From positions 236,551 to 300,550 of the forward strand of contig JAVSCE010011590.1 in assembly GCA_032199065.1 (NCBI GenBank): DNA of 64,000 nt. The letters run 5' to 3'. How positions within the stretch are numbered: position 1 is the first letter of the stretch; each line of letters begins with the position of its first letter. The notes beneath the pieces are model-generated. The model made no database searches. It was not told the DNA's origin and was given only the letters and a program-made list of their open reading frames with translations. Position numbers and translations under genes: made by a program. Of the stretch, positions 24,149 to 36,560 are shown in pieces. The DNA comes from Smutsia gigantea (Eukaryota).

Positions 24149-25394
24149 AATGGGCAGAGGATATGAAGAGACAGTTCTCCAAAGAAGAAATTCAGATGGC
24201 CAACAGGCACATGAAAAGATGCTCCACATCACTAATCATCAGGGAAATGCAAATCAAAACCACAATGAGATATCACCTCACACCAGTTAGGAGCCGCCAT
24301 CCAAAAGAGTAAGAACAACAAATGCTGGTGAGGATGCAGAGAAAGGGGAACCCTCCTACACTGCTGGTGGGAATGTAAGCTAGTTCAACCATTGTGGAAA
24401 GCAATATGGAGGTTCCTCAAAAAACTAATAATAGAAATGTTTGTTTGACCCAGGAATCCCACTCCTTGGAATTTACCCAAAGAATACAACTTCTCAGATT
24501 CAAAAAGACATATGCACCCCTATGTTTATTGCAGCACTTTTTACAATAGCCAAGATACGGAAGCAACCTAAGTGTCCATCAGTAGAATGGATAAGGAAGA
24601 AGTGGTACATATACACAATGGAATACTATTCAGCCATAAGAGGGAAACAAATCCTGCCATTTGCAACAACATAGATGGAGCTGGAGGATATTATGCTCAA
24701 TGAAATAAGCCAGATGGAGAAAGACTAGTGCCAAATGATTTCCCTCGTTTGTGGAGTATAAGAACGAAGCAAAACTGAAGGAACAAAATAGCAGCAGACT
24801 CAGAGACTCCAAGAAGGAACTAGTGGTTACCAAAGGGGAGGGGTGTGGGAGGGTGGATTGGGAGGGTGGGAGAAGGGGGTTGATGGGTATTATGTTTAGT
24901 ACCCATGGTTTGGGGGTTCACGGGGAAAACTGTGTAGCACAGAGAAGGCAAACAGTGAATCTGTGGCATCTTACTACACTGATGGACAGTGACTGCATTG
25001 GGGTATGAGTGGGGACTTGATAATATGGGTAAATGTGGTTACCACATTGTTTTTCCATGTGAAACCTTCATAAGAGTGTATATCAATAATACCTTAATAA
25101 AAAAAAGAATTTGTCAGCAGATCACAAGTCTTGGAAGATGGGGACTGCCTGAGGAGAACAGACTTATGTCAAAGAAATCATATTAAAAACATGATCACGA
25201 TGTGTTTTTCTCACTTAGGATTTGAGTGGTGCTTCTGTGTGGATAGGGCATTTAGAAGTAAATTTTGGAAGTCAAAATAGTGGACTTGGGGAAACATTTT
25301 TATGGCTTGAAGGAATAATGAAACAAAGTATGGGAATTAGGATAGTCTCAGGAGGACTGGTATAATTGATCACCATGTTAGAGAAATCTAAGAC

Positions 25395-25560
25395 AGGGGT
25401 AGAGATGGCATGATATAGTATAGCCATTAAACATGCACTCAGGAGTCCAACAGATCTGTGTTTAAATCCTCCTCTGCTGTTAATGAGCTGTGTGACCCAG
25501 GCAAGAAAATTAAATAATCTGATAAACTCTGAGTGGAGCAAAAGACTCATACTTCAGCTG
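25395..25560. repeat. MIR-like relic.
   Basis: gctgtgtgacccaggcaagaaaattaaataatctgataaactctgagtgg resembles the MIR core. Confidence 0.4.
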
Positions 25561-25879
25561 CAGTAAGATCAGATGTTGCTGATATGGCAAAGGGGCCAGT
25601 CAAGGCCTTCCACGTGGAATGTTTCACCCAGTATGTCACACTCCTTAACAAGGAAGAGCCCCTTGCTCTGGTATAGCCCCTTGCTATACCAGCCGGATGT
25701 TAGAGTCCTCAAGACCATGTCTCTAAGCCTCCAATGCTATTTATACCCTTCAATTGCTCCCACTTGTAGATTCCAAGTAGGAGTTTCATTAATAAAGTCT
25801 GCAATACGTGGAGGTGGATCTACATTGGAGAGGTGGCATAATAAAGAAAGTAAGCTTAGAAGTCCTGCTTACTGAATTT

Positions 25880-26075
25880 AAAAACATGCTCAACATTTAC
25901 AAACTGTGTGACCATGGTGAGTAAACTTCTCGAAGTTTCCGTTTTCTTATCTGTAAGTGGAGATAATAGTAGTACCCACTTTTTATGGGTTGTATAACAT
26001 TTAATGAGATATGCATATGAAACACTTAGCATACTACCTAGCACACAGCAAGCACTTAAAAAGGTATAATCCAAA
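25880..26075 (+). repeat. MIR element.
   Basis: aactgtgtgaccatggtgagtaaacttctcgaagtttccgttttcttatctgtaagtggagataatagtagtacccactttttatgggttgtataacatttaatgagatatgcatatgaaacacttagcatactacctagcacacagcaagcacttaaaaag is near-colinear with the MIR consensus. Confidence 0.7.
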
Positions 26076-26699
26076 ACAAGCAGTTCTTACTCTGTATGAG
26101 AGAGTTGTTTTTCATCAGTGACAGTTTTGAAAAATATGCACTGGGGCTCAGGCCGCCCACTGGTGATGCGTGAAGCTGGTATAGAGTTAGAAGACCTCTA
26201 GCCCCTAAAATCCTCCACATCAGCTGGAGTGCCGACGAACCCACATCCCTGTCTCAGGAGCGATGTTAGGCTGGAGTAGCTGAGGATAGACCTTGTAATC
26301 CTCTGTCTAGCGCTCATGATGGTCTCGGGGGCCTGTTACTGGGCACACTGGCCACCTTGTTTGGCATCATCTGGATCACTGATCTTTAGATGTGTCTTGG
26401 GAACCTGATTTACAGACTACCAGGGAGAGTTTCCAAATGTGCCTGAGCTCCTTAGGTCTATCTCGAGCTCTGGGGCTCAGGACTATAATAATACCATGAT
26501 GTTTATAGCACAAGTATCATCCCCATTTTATGGATTAAGATACAGGCATTCAAAGTGATGGAGGGACTGACTCATGACTAGCAAAAACAGCAATTGATAT
26601 GGAGCTTAGATGATCCCAACTTACTGATTCTAATGCAGTACACTGCAAGCTATGCTTTTCCCCCCATTATTCTAATCATAAATACAGATTACTATATCT

Positions 26700-26790
26700 G
26701 GGATCATTAGCTATAATAATAATAATACCATGAACATAATGGCATATACATACATGCATTCATGCATGTATATATGCATACGTATGTATA
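26700..26790. repeat. Low-complexity AT-rich block with (AATA)n, (CATA)n and (GTAT)n tracts.
   Basis: gctataataataataataccatgaacataatggcatatacatacatgcattcatgcatgtatatatgcatacgtatgtatatgtatag. Confidence 0.7.
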
Positions 26791-29700
26791 TGTATAGTTT
26801 TTTGTAGCTGCATTATCAGGAGTTGTGATAAATTCATACTTTTCCACCTGTTGGAGACCCCTTGATCCCAAGGGTTAGCCAGGATTTGAAATACAGGCCC
26901 TGAAAGAGTAATTATGAGTGTCCTGCCTACAGACCCAACCAGTGACCTGCCTAGACCCAGCCAGCCTAGTGGTCCTTATATACAGATATGTCACCTGGAG
27001 ACTGCTCTCTGCATTAGCCAGACTGTGTCACGTGATTTTGCTTCCTACACTATACAGAGAAAGGTTTGAATTGCAGTGTCCAAAACTTCTTCATTCCTTG
27101 ATTCTATTAAGCAACCTTCCTGTGTAGTTTTTCACTCTTCTGGTTAGACAGTCTTGCGTCTATGGCCCGGATTGTCTGTCTGAGTAAATAATGGTGCTTG
27201 GCTCTGCAACTAGTAGGATTTTCATATGACTTTTACCCCCCTATTTTTTTTTTAATTTTTAAAGCCTTTTCTGCTATTAATTTTCCAGATGTCGGGGACA
27301 TAATATACATAGTGTATTTGGCAGAGAAAATATTGGGAGAAGAGACCGATTAAGTTTCTATTGTAGTAGTTCAACATCACATGATGAGTCAAGTGAAGAA
27401 AAAAGGTAAGGGGAGAACAAGCTGAAATGATAACTAAGCTTCATGTTTAGGAAAAAGGGAAAGTGATAGTGCCAACAGAGCACGAGGAGGGTGGACCGAG
27501 GGTACATCCAAGGGGAGGTGAGGGCTGCTGAAAAAAATCAGACTAGAACTCAGGTGAGTCATTAAGGCTTGAAACAGGTGAGGAGCATAAAACAAGGTAA
27601 AAGACGTAGGGAACAGGAGACAAAGGACTTAGATAAACCAACACGCTTATTGGTACTAAACATCAACCTGCATGCTCAGTCCTATCCAGTTCCTGAGTCA
27701 GCCTTGAAAAAAATGGGAACCACAGTGAAAATTCCACTCTCATCCGCAAAGGTTGAAGGAAGGGTGTGTGGGGAGCTAGCAGGGGGGTACGTAAAAACCT
27801 TGGTTCATTATCTGATTTACCAAAGGTAAGAATCCTAGGCCTCTGCACACTCAATGAACTGTGACCTGATCAGTGACCCATTCTGTCTGAATGGCTTCTG
27901 TCCCAATTCCTGAATCTCACTCCACTTCCCTTCTGGGCTTGAAATATGACCCTGAATCTCAGTTCCCTTGGCTATGGCCAGAACCTATTACCTGGCCTAT
28001 ATCAGGACTGTCTGAACAGTGGGCCATTGACTAGTGCCATGCCTGAAATCAGAGACCTCTCTTCTCTTCTCACTCCAACCTCAATTTAAAAAGTAAATAA
28101 TGAAAGCTGGAGACTTTTGCGACTACCCTGATCTGTATACTTTTGGGCCTGTGGCTATTAGCTCCACCTGGGATACTATGATTCGGCTTTCTGCCACCTC
28201 TTTGGATTGGAGAAATAAGAGAAAGCCCCAGAGAGTGTGCCTTCTCTGGAGCCAGGGGAGGAGGAATTTTTAGGGTAAGAGCCACTTTTCAAGCTGATCA
28301 ATTCCTTCAGGAAGGTGAAGGAGAAAGAGCATGGCCTTAGATCATTTGATTTGGTGAGAAGTACTTCATGGTGACAATGAGAGTGTGCTTTCAATAGTAT
28401 GGTAGAGACAGAGAACAAATTACAGGGGATTTTTAATGCTCTTTATAACAGAGAAACTCAGACAAGCATAAACTGGTTATGATGAACCCTTTATTTAAGC
28501 CTGTCTTTGCATACAAATCACTAAGAGTATGTCCACAGTTCACCCTAAAGACCCCCTCATAGTTTCTCAATGCCTCCGATTTCCTTCGCCCCTGTCTTCT
28601 ACAGTCTTTCTTCTCTGTTCTCTTATATACTCTACTTACCCCCTCCTCATATTCAACCATGTCCCAGAACGGAAATATAGAAGAAAAAAAACCTTAATAA
28701 AATAATGAAATCTGAAAAAGATAAACAAAAACATGTCAACAACCTCCGGGGCCAGGATGAAGAAAGATGCAAGGGAATCTCCTTCATATCACCCTAAAAA
28801 GCATGAGAATTTTCATAAACAATGCTAATAGAAAACCGACCTATACAAAAAATTGACCCTTCTTTGTCCTGAGCTGCTAAGGGGTCAGAAATGGAATTAT
28901 CAGGCAAGAAAGATTCGGGGGAATTGTGGAGGGAGGGAATATACAATTGTTACGTGAAAGCCACTGTCTTCAAAAAAGCTCTGAAGAGGGTAGGCCGGCA
29001 GGAGGCGCTGAACCCTCTGAAGAACCCCCGGAGTACAACATCCCCTCTGCCCTGGAGCCCCAGGACACTACATGCCCCGCTTGCTGCTTTTCTCTGACTG
29101 GACTGCTTCCTCATTCTCGGACTGGTGAGATTCCAGGCAGCCTTCAAGGTCCAGCTCAAACTACACCCACTTGATGATGGGCAGAGTCACTCCTCCATCC
29201 TCTCGGCCCTCCCACCGCTAAGTATGAGGAATGAGAAGTGTGAGGTAAGTGTCCATACCTCTAAGTCCACTGCAAAACCTGTATTTGTTTACAAGTCTCT
29301 CTGCTGTTCAGGAGCTCTTTGCTCTTTATATTCTAGGTGCCTCCTGCAGTGCCTGACACATACAGGTGATTAATACCACTGTGTGGGAGGAAGGAGGAGA
29401 GAAAATAAAGAAGAGGGGAAAAAAGGAAGGAGGAGCAGCATGGAGGAAGGGAGAGAGGAAGCACCGGACTCAACGTTTTCTGGCCGAGAAGAAAGGAAAT
29501 GGATTTTAAAAACTCTAGTCCTCTAGGGACAAAAAGGGAGAAAACCACTTTTCTGGGTCTCAATTGTCCCTCACTCTTCTCTCAGCCGCTTTCTCTCACA
29601 AGGTCGGGCCTCACACCACAGCTGTCCTGTTTTCACTCCTGATCTCTCAATCCACCCCAAAGGGAAGGAAAGAAGCCAGCCAGGCTCCGTCCTCCCCTCC

Positions 29701-30436
29701 ATCCCCTCAAACCTCCTACATCCCTTCCCGCCCTCCACCTCTGCCCGCACCCATCTTCCCCAGGGCAGCATTCCCACCTCATCGCCCAGGCACCTCCAGC
29801 CCCTGTGCTGTGTCAGGTCCAGATGGGAACTTCTGCCGCTGAGTGAAAACCAGAGATCTTAGGGCAGCCTGGGGTGTCTAGACGGGGCCTATAAGTTACT
29901 GGGGAAAGAACATTCCAGAAGGTTTAGGTGTCCCAAGGTTTGGAGGATAGAAAGGAGCAAGTCCTTGCAAAGAGAGGGTCCAACAGTGGTAGCCCTTCCC
30001 ACACCTCCTCACACTTTTTCATGGATGGCCTTGGCAGGTTTTCTCCTGATCCATGGGTCAGAATTATCATTTTTCCTACTGTCTCCTAGTGGCCCCTACA
30101 CCTTGGCTACTGGAGCTGCTAGACTGTCTTCCCAACCAGATGCACTTCCCCTGAAAACAGGGCCAGGGCCCCTAAACCTTGTGGAGTTGCTCCTGCATGT
30201 TCCCTCCTTCCCTAGGCACCCAGCTGCCTCACCCATCCCCAGCCCTTTCCCCAGGAATTCTGCAACCAACTTTCCGTCAATGAAGATCATAAATACAAAA
30301 GCATTTTAGGAGTTGGACAGCGCTGAGCTGGAATAAGATACTATGATGAACAAAGCCTTCTCTTTCTCCCCCCAGAGTCTCTGTCCTACTCTCAGGATGT
30401 CGCTCCCTCCTTCCCTGCCGCCCCTGCTGCTCTCCC

Positions 30437-30989
30437 TCACCCAGCAGGTTTGTTCTGGTGCCGTGTAGGAACCAAAGCCGTGCCCTGCACAGGGGGCAGT
30501 GCCAGGATGCAGGCGGACAGCTCAGCCTGAGGCCTTGGCAGAGTTCCCAGGCAGAGCCATCGGCCCAGGCCGGGACAGTAAGCATGGATCAGGTGGGAGA
30601 GGGCATAAGTCCGGTGGCTATAGCCCCCCAGCACCAGGAGCTCCCCCTGCAGCGCAGCACCTGCAGCACCCACATGGGGGGAGGGCAGGGGTGCCAGGTG
30701 AGTCCAGCTATCAGTCCTTGGTTCATAGGCCTCAAAGCTCAGCAGGTCCCCAGTCTCACCTAACCCGCCTGCCACATATAACCGCCCACCTAGAGCAGCC
30801 GTGACATGGCCAGCCCGAGGTACCCCCATAGGGCTCAGAAGTGTCCCCGGCTTCTCAAGCTTGGGGTCGTAATGCAGCAGTGAGGCCAGGTATTGACCAG
30901 TCCCGCTGCAGCCACCGCTCACATACAGTCGGCCCTCCAAAACAGCAGCGGCGTGGGCAAAGCGAGGTGCGGGAAGCGCAGGTGCTGGC
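30437..30989 (-). CDS. KLHL-family gene, last coding exon (Kelch repeats, stop at 30437-30439).
   Basis: Minus-strand acceptor ctcttctcccttag then gccagcacc. It translates to RPAPALPAPRFAHAAAVLEGRLYVSGGCSGTGQYLASLLHYDPKLEKPG...GRLYVAGG...GELLVLGGYS...TALVPTRHQNKPAG*, with GG-doublet and Y/W Kelch blade signatures. Confidence 0.7.
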
Positions 30990-31065
30990 CTAAGGGAGAA
31001 GAGGGCACAGGGTCAGCAGCAGTCACCTGCAACTCTCGTTCCCTTCCAGGTCCCCTAGTCTCTCT

Positions 31066-31234
31066 CCCTGCTCACCTCCAGACATTGAGCTCGGGGTCAT
31101 AGGCCTCCACAGAGTTGAGGGCAACACCCCTGTCTCGTCCACCCAGGGCATAAAGTTGTCCGTCCAGAGCCACCAGGGGAAAGAAGCTCCGAGCCTGGCA
31201 CAAAGGCGCCATCTCCTCCCAGTCCTCTTGACTG
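31066..31234 (-). CDS. KLHL-family gene, internal Kelch exon.
   Basis: Acceptor ctctgtccag then gtgggacc; donor ctggag then gtgagcagg. It translates to (R)WDPSQEDWEEMAPLCQARSFFPLVALDGQLYALGGRDRGVALNSVEAYDPELNVWR. Confidence 0.7.
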
Positions 31235-31355
31235 GGGTCCCACCTGGACAGAGTGGGACAAGAGATGGCAAGAGTGACCCTAGGAGTCTGTGGTTGGCTG
31301 GGCCTGCAATTTCCCTCAGCTCCACTCTGGGGCCTGCCACCCTTGGGGCTCCTAC

Positions 31356-32280
31356 CTGAGAGTGGAAGCCAGAATGTTGGAGTCGCTGTAGAAATCCTGT
31401 CCACCACACACGTAGAGTTCACTTCCTGCTAGGCTAGCAGCCCCATGGCGGAAGCGCCCTGGGGCAGGCAGGGCTGGCAGCTGCCCCCACTCCACAGTCC
31501 GAACCAGTCCCGTGCCACAGCAGAAGGCCCGGGCCCACCACACTGCTCGGGATGGCTGCCTTATGGCCATGTCCGATCGGAGCCCATCCCCGCCAATCAC
31601 TACCAGTGCCTGGTCAGGCTCCCTCCGCCTCTCTTGACCTGGAACCTCAGCCTCCACCATCAGCTGATGCAGCAAGTCAGGCGACAGGGGCGGAGGCAGC
31701 CCGGCTGCCCGTACCCTCCGCAGCTCTCTAGTGGACATACGGCCAAAGCGGACACATCGCAGCAGGGCCTTGGCCTCCGACTCCTGGGTCTCGGGGTTGG
31801 CAGCGAGCCAACACCGTGCAGCCACAAAGGCTTCGAACTCCTCCTGCACATGTAGCTCATCGCTGTCTAGGAGTTCAGCCAGACGGGCAGCCGGTAAAGA
31901 AGGGAAAGTGGAGCACAGAGCCACAGCAGGCAGGTGCATGAGGAGGTAGTGACGGGCTTTGCTCCACAGCCTCTCCAACCCCGGGACTTCAGCCATGGGG
32001 AGCAGGGCCAGGCAACGGGCGGGGCTGAGGCCCTGTGCCAAGGCTCTCTGGCACAGGGCCAGGCAAGAAGCACTCTGGTACTGCAGAGCAGCCTGGGCCG
32101 CTCGCAGCAGTCCTGGCCACCGCGCCCGAATGACCCCAGAGTAGGCAAAAGAGACAAGGAGTCGCAGGTCCTGGGCAGAGACGGTGTGTAGAGACACCTC
32201 TGTCCCCTGGGATTCCCTCATCCCGCTCAGGAGCATGGCCCCAAAGAACTCGCTGCCACAGGCCAGTGCTGCCCGGTGCA
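31356..32280 (-). CDS. KLHL-family gene, large exon encoding the C-terminal half of a BTB domain, the BACK domain and the first Kelch blade.
   Basis: A textbook acceptor (ccctctctgcttctcctccttgcag) sits at 32281-32305; the donor is ctctcag then gtaggagcc. It translates to (V)HRAALACGSEFFGAMLLSG...LVSFAYSGVIRARWPGLLRAAQAALQYQSASCLALC...ARCLALLPMAEVPGLERLWSKARHYLLMHL...ALVVIGGDG...GSELYVCGGQDFYSDSNILASTLR. An in-frame TAG lies 9 codons upstream of the acceptor, so the exon must be spliced. Confidence 0.75.
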
Positions 32281-34379
32281 CTGCAAGGAGGAGAAGCAGA
32301 GAGGGGTCCAGAATGCTGCAAACTGCTAGGCACTATCCCGACTTCACAACCCCGGCTCTGGGCCAACCACCCAAGGCCACAGGCCCAACCATGGTGTGCA
32401 TCAGAATGCCATGGGGTGCTTGATAAAATACAGGTTTCAGAGACCCACCCCCACAGAGTCTGAGTCAGTCACCTGGATGGATACCCTAGGGATTCGTATT
32501 TTAACATTTTCAAGCACCCTGCATGATTCTCATGTTAGTGGCCTGAAGATACTGTGCTAGACATTGGTTTAGTCTTTTTGATCCAAGTCAGTTGGAAAGT
32601 CTTGATGGATCAAGTTGAGAAGATGCTACAGACAGCATTTGAGAATAGACAAAATAAACTGCAGAGACCAGTTGCAACTTATACAGGTCTCTCTACATTG
32701 TGCATGGAATAAAATTCCTTTACAATCTTAAGAGCCATTGACATCAGCCATTCTGTTAGACAGATTATACTCAGAAAGTGATACCACATTCAGGGATGGC
32801 TGTAACCTAACTTCTTCTAACTGACATCTCCTCTTGCCCAAGACCCAGTGCTTAAGATTTTCTATGTATTCTAACTCTTTCCCACACACACTCCACAGCT
32901 GCCCCAGCCCCGCCTCCAGCCCACCCCATCTCAGTATAGGTCATGGAATCATGACTTTTTTTTTGAATCATGACATTTTAAACTGGAAAGCTTTAAAATC
33001 ATCTTGTTCAAATGTTCTTTTTTAAGATAAGGAAACTGAGTCCTAGAGGAAGGAAGGGATCTATTTTCTATTCTATTGGTGGCTCTCTGGACAGATCTTC
33101 ACCACCCACTGTCACTGATGTCAGGCTGTTAGTACCCTATTTATCTACATGACCGACATGACACTGAAACTGTTCTATTAACAAGTGCAGTTAAATAACT
33201 GGACCTCATATGCTTTCTAATTGAGATACTTCACATCAAAAATGGAATATTCTGACCAAAATATTTAATTTAAATCTAATCAAATCTTTAGATCTAATTT
33301 CAAGTTCAAAGGAAATTGAGAGGCTAAAGGAACAAATTAAACAAAAGGGAAAACACACGCAAATCTGGATAACAGATCTCTCAATAGGATAACCTGTCTT
33401 GTTTCTTCAATAGGTCAAATCTGAAAAAAAAAAAAAGGAGAGAGGACAGTACAAGAGTAAAGGAAGCTTGGGTAGTGAACATCGGAGCACAGCATGGTCC
33501 TTGATTGGTTCCTGGGTTGAACAAACCAGCCCTAAAAGAGATTTTTTTGGACAAGTGGGGCAATTTCTGTGTGGATTAGGCAATATCCTTTAATAATAAT
33601 TCCTTTTGTTAATTTTGTTGGACATGATAAAGATATTGGGGTCATATGAGAAACGGTCCTCTTTTAAAGAGAAACACACCCAAGTATTTATGAGTGAAAT
33701 GTCACAGATTTACTTTAAACTTCAGTAAAAGCAAAATAAAATACGGAGATGAAACAGATATAGCAAAATGCTCATTGTTAAGTCAGGGTGATGTTTGTGT
33801 CCTCCTCAAATTCCTATGTTGAAGCCCTAGTCGCTAATAGGTTGGTATTTGTAGGTGAGGCCTTTGGGAGGCTATCAGGTATGAGAGTGAGACCCTGTGA
33901 ATGGCATTTGTGGCCCTATAAGGGGAGACATGAGAGATGATTCTCCCTCTGCCATGTGCGGATACAGTGAAAAGGTGGCCTCCTACAAACCAGGGAGAAG
34001 ACCCTAACTAGAACCTGACCATGCTGGTACCCTGATCTGGGCTGCCGGCCTCCAGAACTGTAAGAAATACCTGTAGGTACAAGACCCAGGCTATTTTTTT
34101 TTAAGTAGCCCAAGCTGACTAAGACAGGATGATTTTTCTTCTGGGAATCCCAGAAACACTTTTGAGTCCCAGTCATTCCTCTCATAGGCTGCAGCTATGT
34201 GACGTCAGACATGTCTTGAAGTCTGACTTCTTTATCAAAGTCTAAGAGCTGAACTAGTTAATCTCTAAGCCAATCCCTTTTAGTTTTAAACTGTTATGTG
34301 TCTGTATTCTGACTCCATTTGCCAGGTCCTGTGTGTCTGGTCCTGTGTGTCTTTGCTTTGGCTGTGTAGAAGGCACTGC

Positions 34380-34590
34380 ATGGCCTAGTGAAAGTAGACT
34401 GGGCTAGTGGGCGTGAGCTTGTATCCAAGTTCTCACCAATTAACATCTCTGAGTTTAATGTTCTTTGTCTGCAACTAGCGATAATAGTACTTACCTCACT
34501 AGTTTTCAGGGAGAATGAAAAGAGATAGCATGTGTGATAAAAACTCGTGGTTCCCAGTACCTCACTAAGTGAACGATCTGAATACTCAAG
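34380..34590. repeat. MIR relic in the KLHL intron.
   Basis: ...tgtctgcaactagcgataatagtacttacctcactagttttcagggagaatgaaaagagatagcatgtgtgataaaaactcgtggttcccagtacctcactaagtgaac matches the MIR 3' half. Confidence 0.5.
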
Positions 34591-35298
34591 GCATGCAATA
34601 CTCCTTAGCTTTCCTGCTGATGAGCAGAGTTGACTTCAAAGTTCCATGGCCTGGGAGCCTTAAGATTCTGGCAAAACAGTACCAGACCCTGCTCATTAGC
34701 TGAAGGATCCACATCTGCCATGGTGTCAAGCACACTTAGGTGAAAGGACACGCTGGTTTTTTTTCTGGCTTTTCCTGTGTCCTAAATAGAAGATGCCAAG
34801 AAGGGCCTTTGGTTAATCCCTGTTTGAGTCAATCACTTTCTGCTTGTTCTACTGGCATGAACTGTACCTTTAGCTCTATCTAGCCAGCGGACTGGAAATT
34901 CCTTGTTGCTGGGCACAGGAAAAGCCACAGTGTGGAAGGTCAGCTTAAATCTGTCTGAGCTCCCAGAAAAACAACTCAACTGCGCATGCCCCGCTCTCAG
35001 TGAGTCAGGAGAGGCACCCAAGGCCACCCCAGGGAAATTCTGACTATAGCGGGGATCAAAACCACTATGGTAGGGATCAATCCACCTGCTGCTGGCACAC
35101 CCCATTCCGGCGGCTTATGCACCTGCAGCGATGTAATGCCACACAGGTGCTCACCCAGCAGCCGGCAGCCACCTGCCTCCAGTTCCAGGTCGCACCCGGT
35201 GCCCTCTTGGTACAGGAGCTCGATGCTGCGCAGGTTCTCCTTCAACTCTTCTGCCTGGCTGGGCTGCTTTTCATCTTCCCGCCTGCCTCCAGTCCCCT

Positions 35299-35689
35299 CA
35301 CGTCTCCACTGGGCCGCGGCCTTCACTCTGGGTGCTCCTAGGGCCTCGGCCGCTTCCAGTACACCCCCCCAAGGGGCGGGGCCCAGCACCCCCTCATAAG
35401 CAAAGGTCAGTACGGCTTCCCAGGCCCCCGGGGCCACGTCGAGACTAAAGGGGGGTCGTGGACCTCCACCGCCCAGCAGCCTGCCTCGGAAGAGGCTGCT
35501 AACCGCAGCCAAGATCACCCGATGCACCCCGTATACTCGCCCCCCGACTGACACCTCTTCGTCCACCAACAGCTTTTGTTCCCGCAGCCGCTGCGCCTCC
35601 GCAAAGAACTGGCTCGGATGCTCCTCGCTGCGCAGCGCTTCGGACTCCGCCCCACCTTCTGCGTCCTCCTCTTCCTCCTCTAGGGACAT
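35299..35689 (-). CDS. KLHL-family gene, candidate first coding exon (ATG at 35687-35689, acidic N-terminus, then a complete BTB-like segment). The 3' boundary is unresolved; a candidate GTGAGG donor lies near 35298 and the track ORF runs on to 34997.
   Basis: MSLEEEEEDAEGGAESEALRSEEHPSQFFAEAQRLREQKLLVDEEVSVGGRVYGVHRVILAAVSSLFRGRLLGGGGPRPPFSLDVAPGAWEAVLTFAYEGVLGPAPWGGVLEAAEALGAP..., embedded in a CpG island. Confidence 0.5.
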
Positions 35690-36560
35690 GGCTGGAGAGG
35701 GAAGGTTCCTGGGGCCACGGGCCTGGGGCCGGTCTCTTCCAGAGGAAAGGGGGGCAGACGGGGGTCCTCGTCGGGGGACGGAGGCCAGAAGAGGGCTCTC
35801 GGGGCGGGCAAAGCGAGGCCAGGGCCGACCTTTGTGACCGGAAGAGAGGCGCCCTCGGGGACCGAGGCACGAAGTGCGGACTCCGAGATGCTCCCGGCCT
35901 AGGTTCGCTGCATAACTGCAGGTGAGCAGAGGAGAGGGGGTCCGAGCTGGGCCCAGAGGGCAGCCCGGCCTGTCAGTCTCTCTCCCTACTTCAACCCTCC
36001 TCTCCCCACCTCCAGTCCCACCTCCAGGCTGGAGCCGCTAGGCTACACAGCGCAACTGTGAAGCTGCCGAGGTGCAGCGAAGGATGTAAGAGGGGTGTGT
36101 GAAGGTCCAGTGCCCCTTCCTGACCCCAACCTGACAGTCCCCCTCCTGAGACAGCGTTCTGCTGGCCCTCTCACCTGAACCTGCTCGGCTTTGCACCGGC
36201 TGGCGGAGGACACTAGCCCCTCACCCGGCCCGCGGCCCTACCCGGCTAATTATAGCCGGCGCTGGCAGGCTAGGGGCTGGACTCCAGGAGCCCGACTCAG
36301 ACACCCAATCCGCTGGGCCGCGTCCCGAAATGACCTTCTCCCCGCGTCCACCTGTAGGTCGCCTCTTAGCGCTGAGCGAGGCAAATGTGGAAGCCAAGGG
36401 GGATGCGGGAATAGGGTGGACTGAGCCTGGTCAGAAAAACTGCGTTGCCCGGACCCGGCTGGAGGGGCGACGGACCCCGCAGGGTCTGGACCACGCAGAC
36501 CCGCCGAACATGACGCGAAAAGAGTAAAGCGTGCATTTTGGGTCAGTCCTTGGTTTTGAC
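35300..36560. promoter_or_regulatory. CpG island covering the KLHL 5' exon and the intergenic interval to the divergently oriented SLC12A3-like gene. It is a candidate bidirectional promoter.
   Basis: High GC and CpG density across 35300-36560 (gcggccgaggccctaggagcacccagagtgaaggccgcggcc..., ccggccgcggccc..., gacgcgaaaagag). The first recognisable SLC12A3-like coding sequence begins about 1.5 kb from the KLHL ATG on the opposite strand. Confidence 0.6.

Noticed and set aside
31989-32366. A 125-aa minus-strand ORF overlapping the KLHL BTB exon in another frame.
   Set aside because: It is an alternate-frame read of a GC-rich exon. The frame with BTB, BACK and Kelch homology is the real one.
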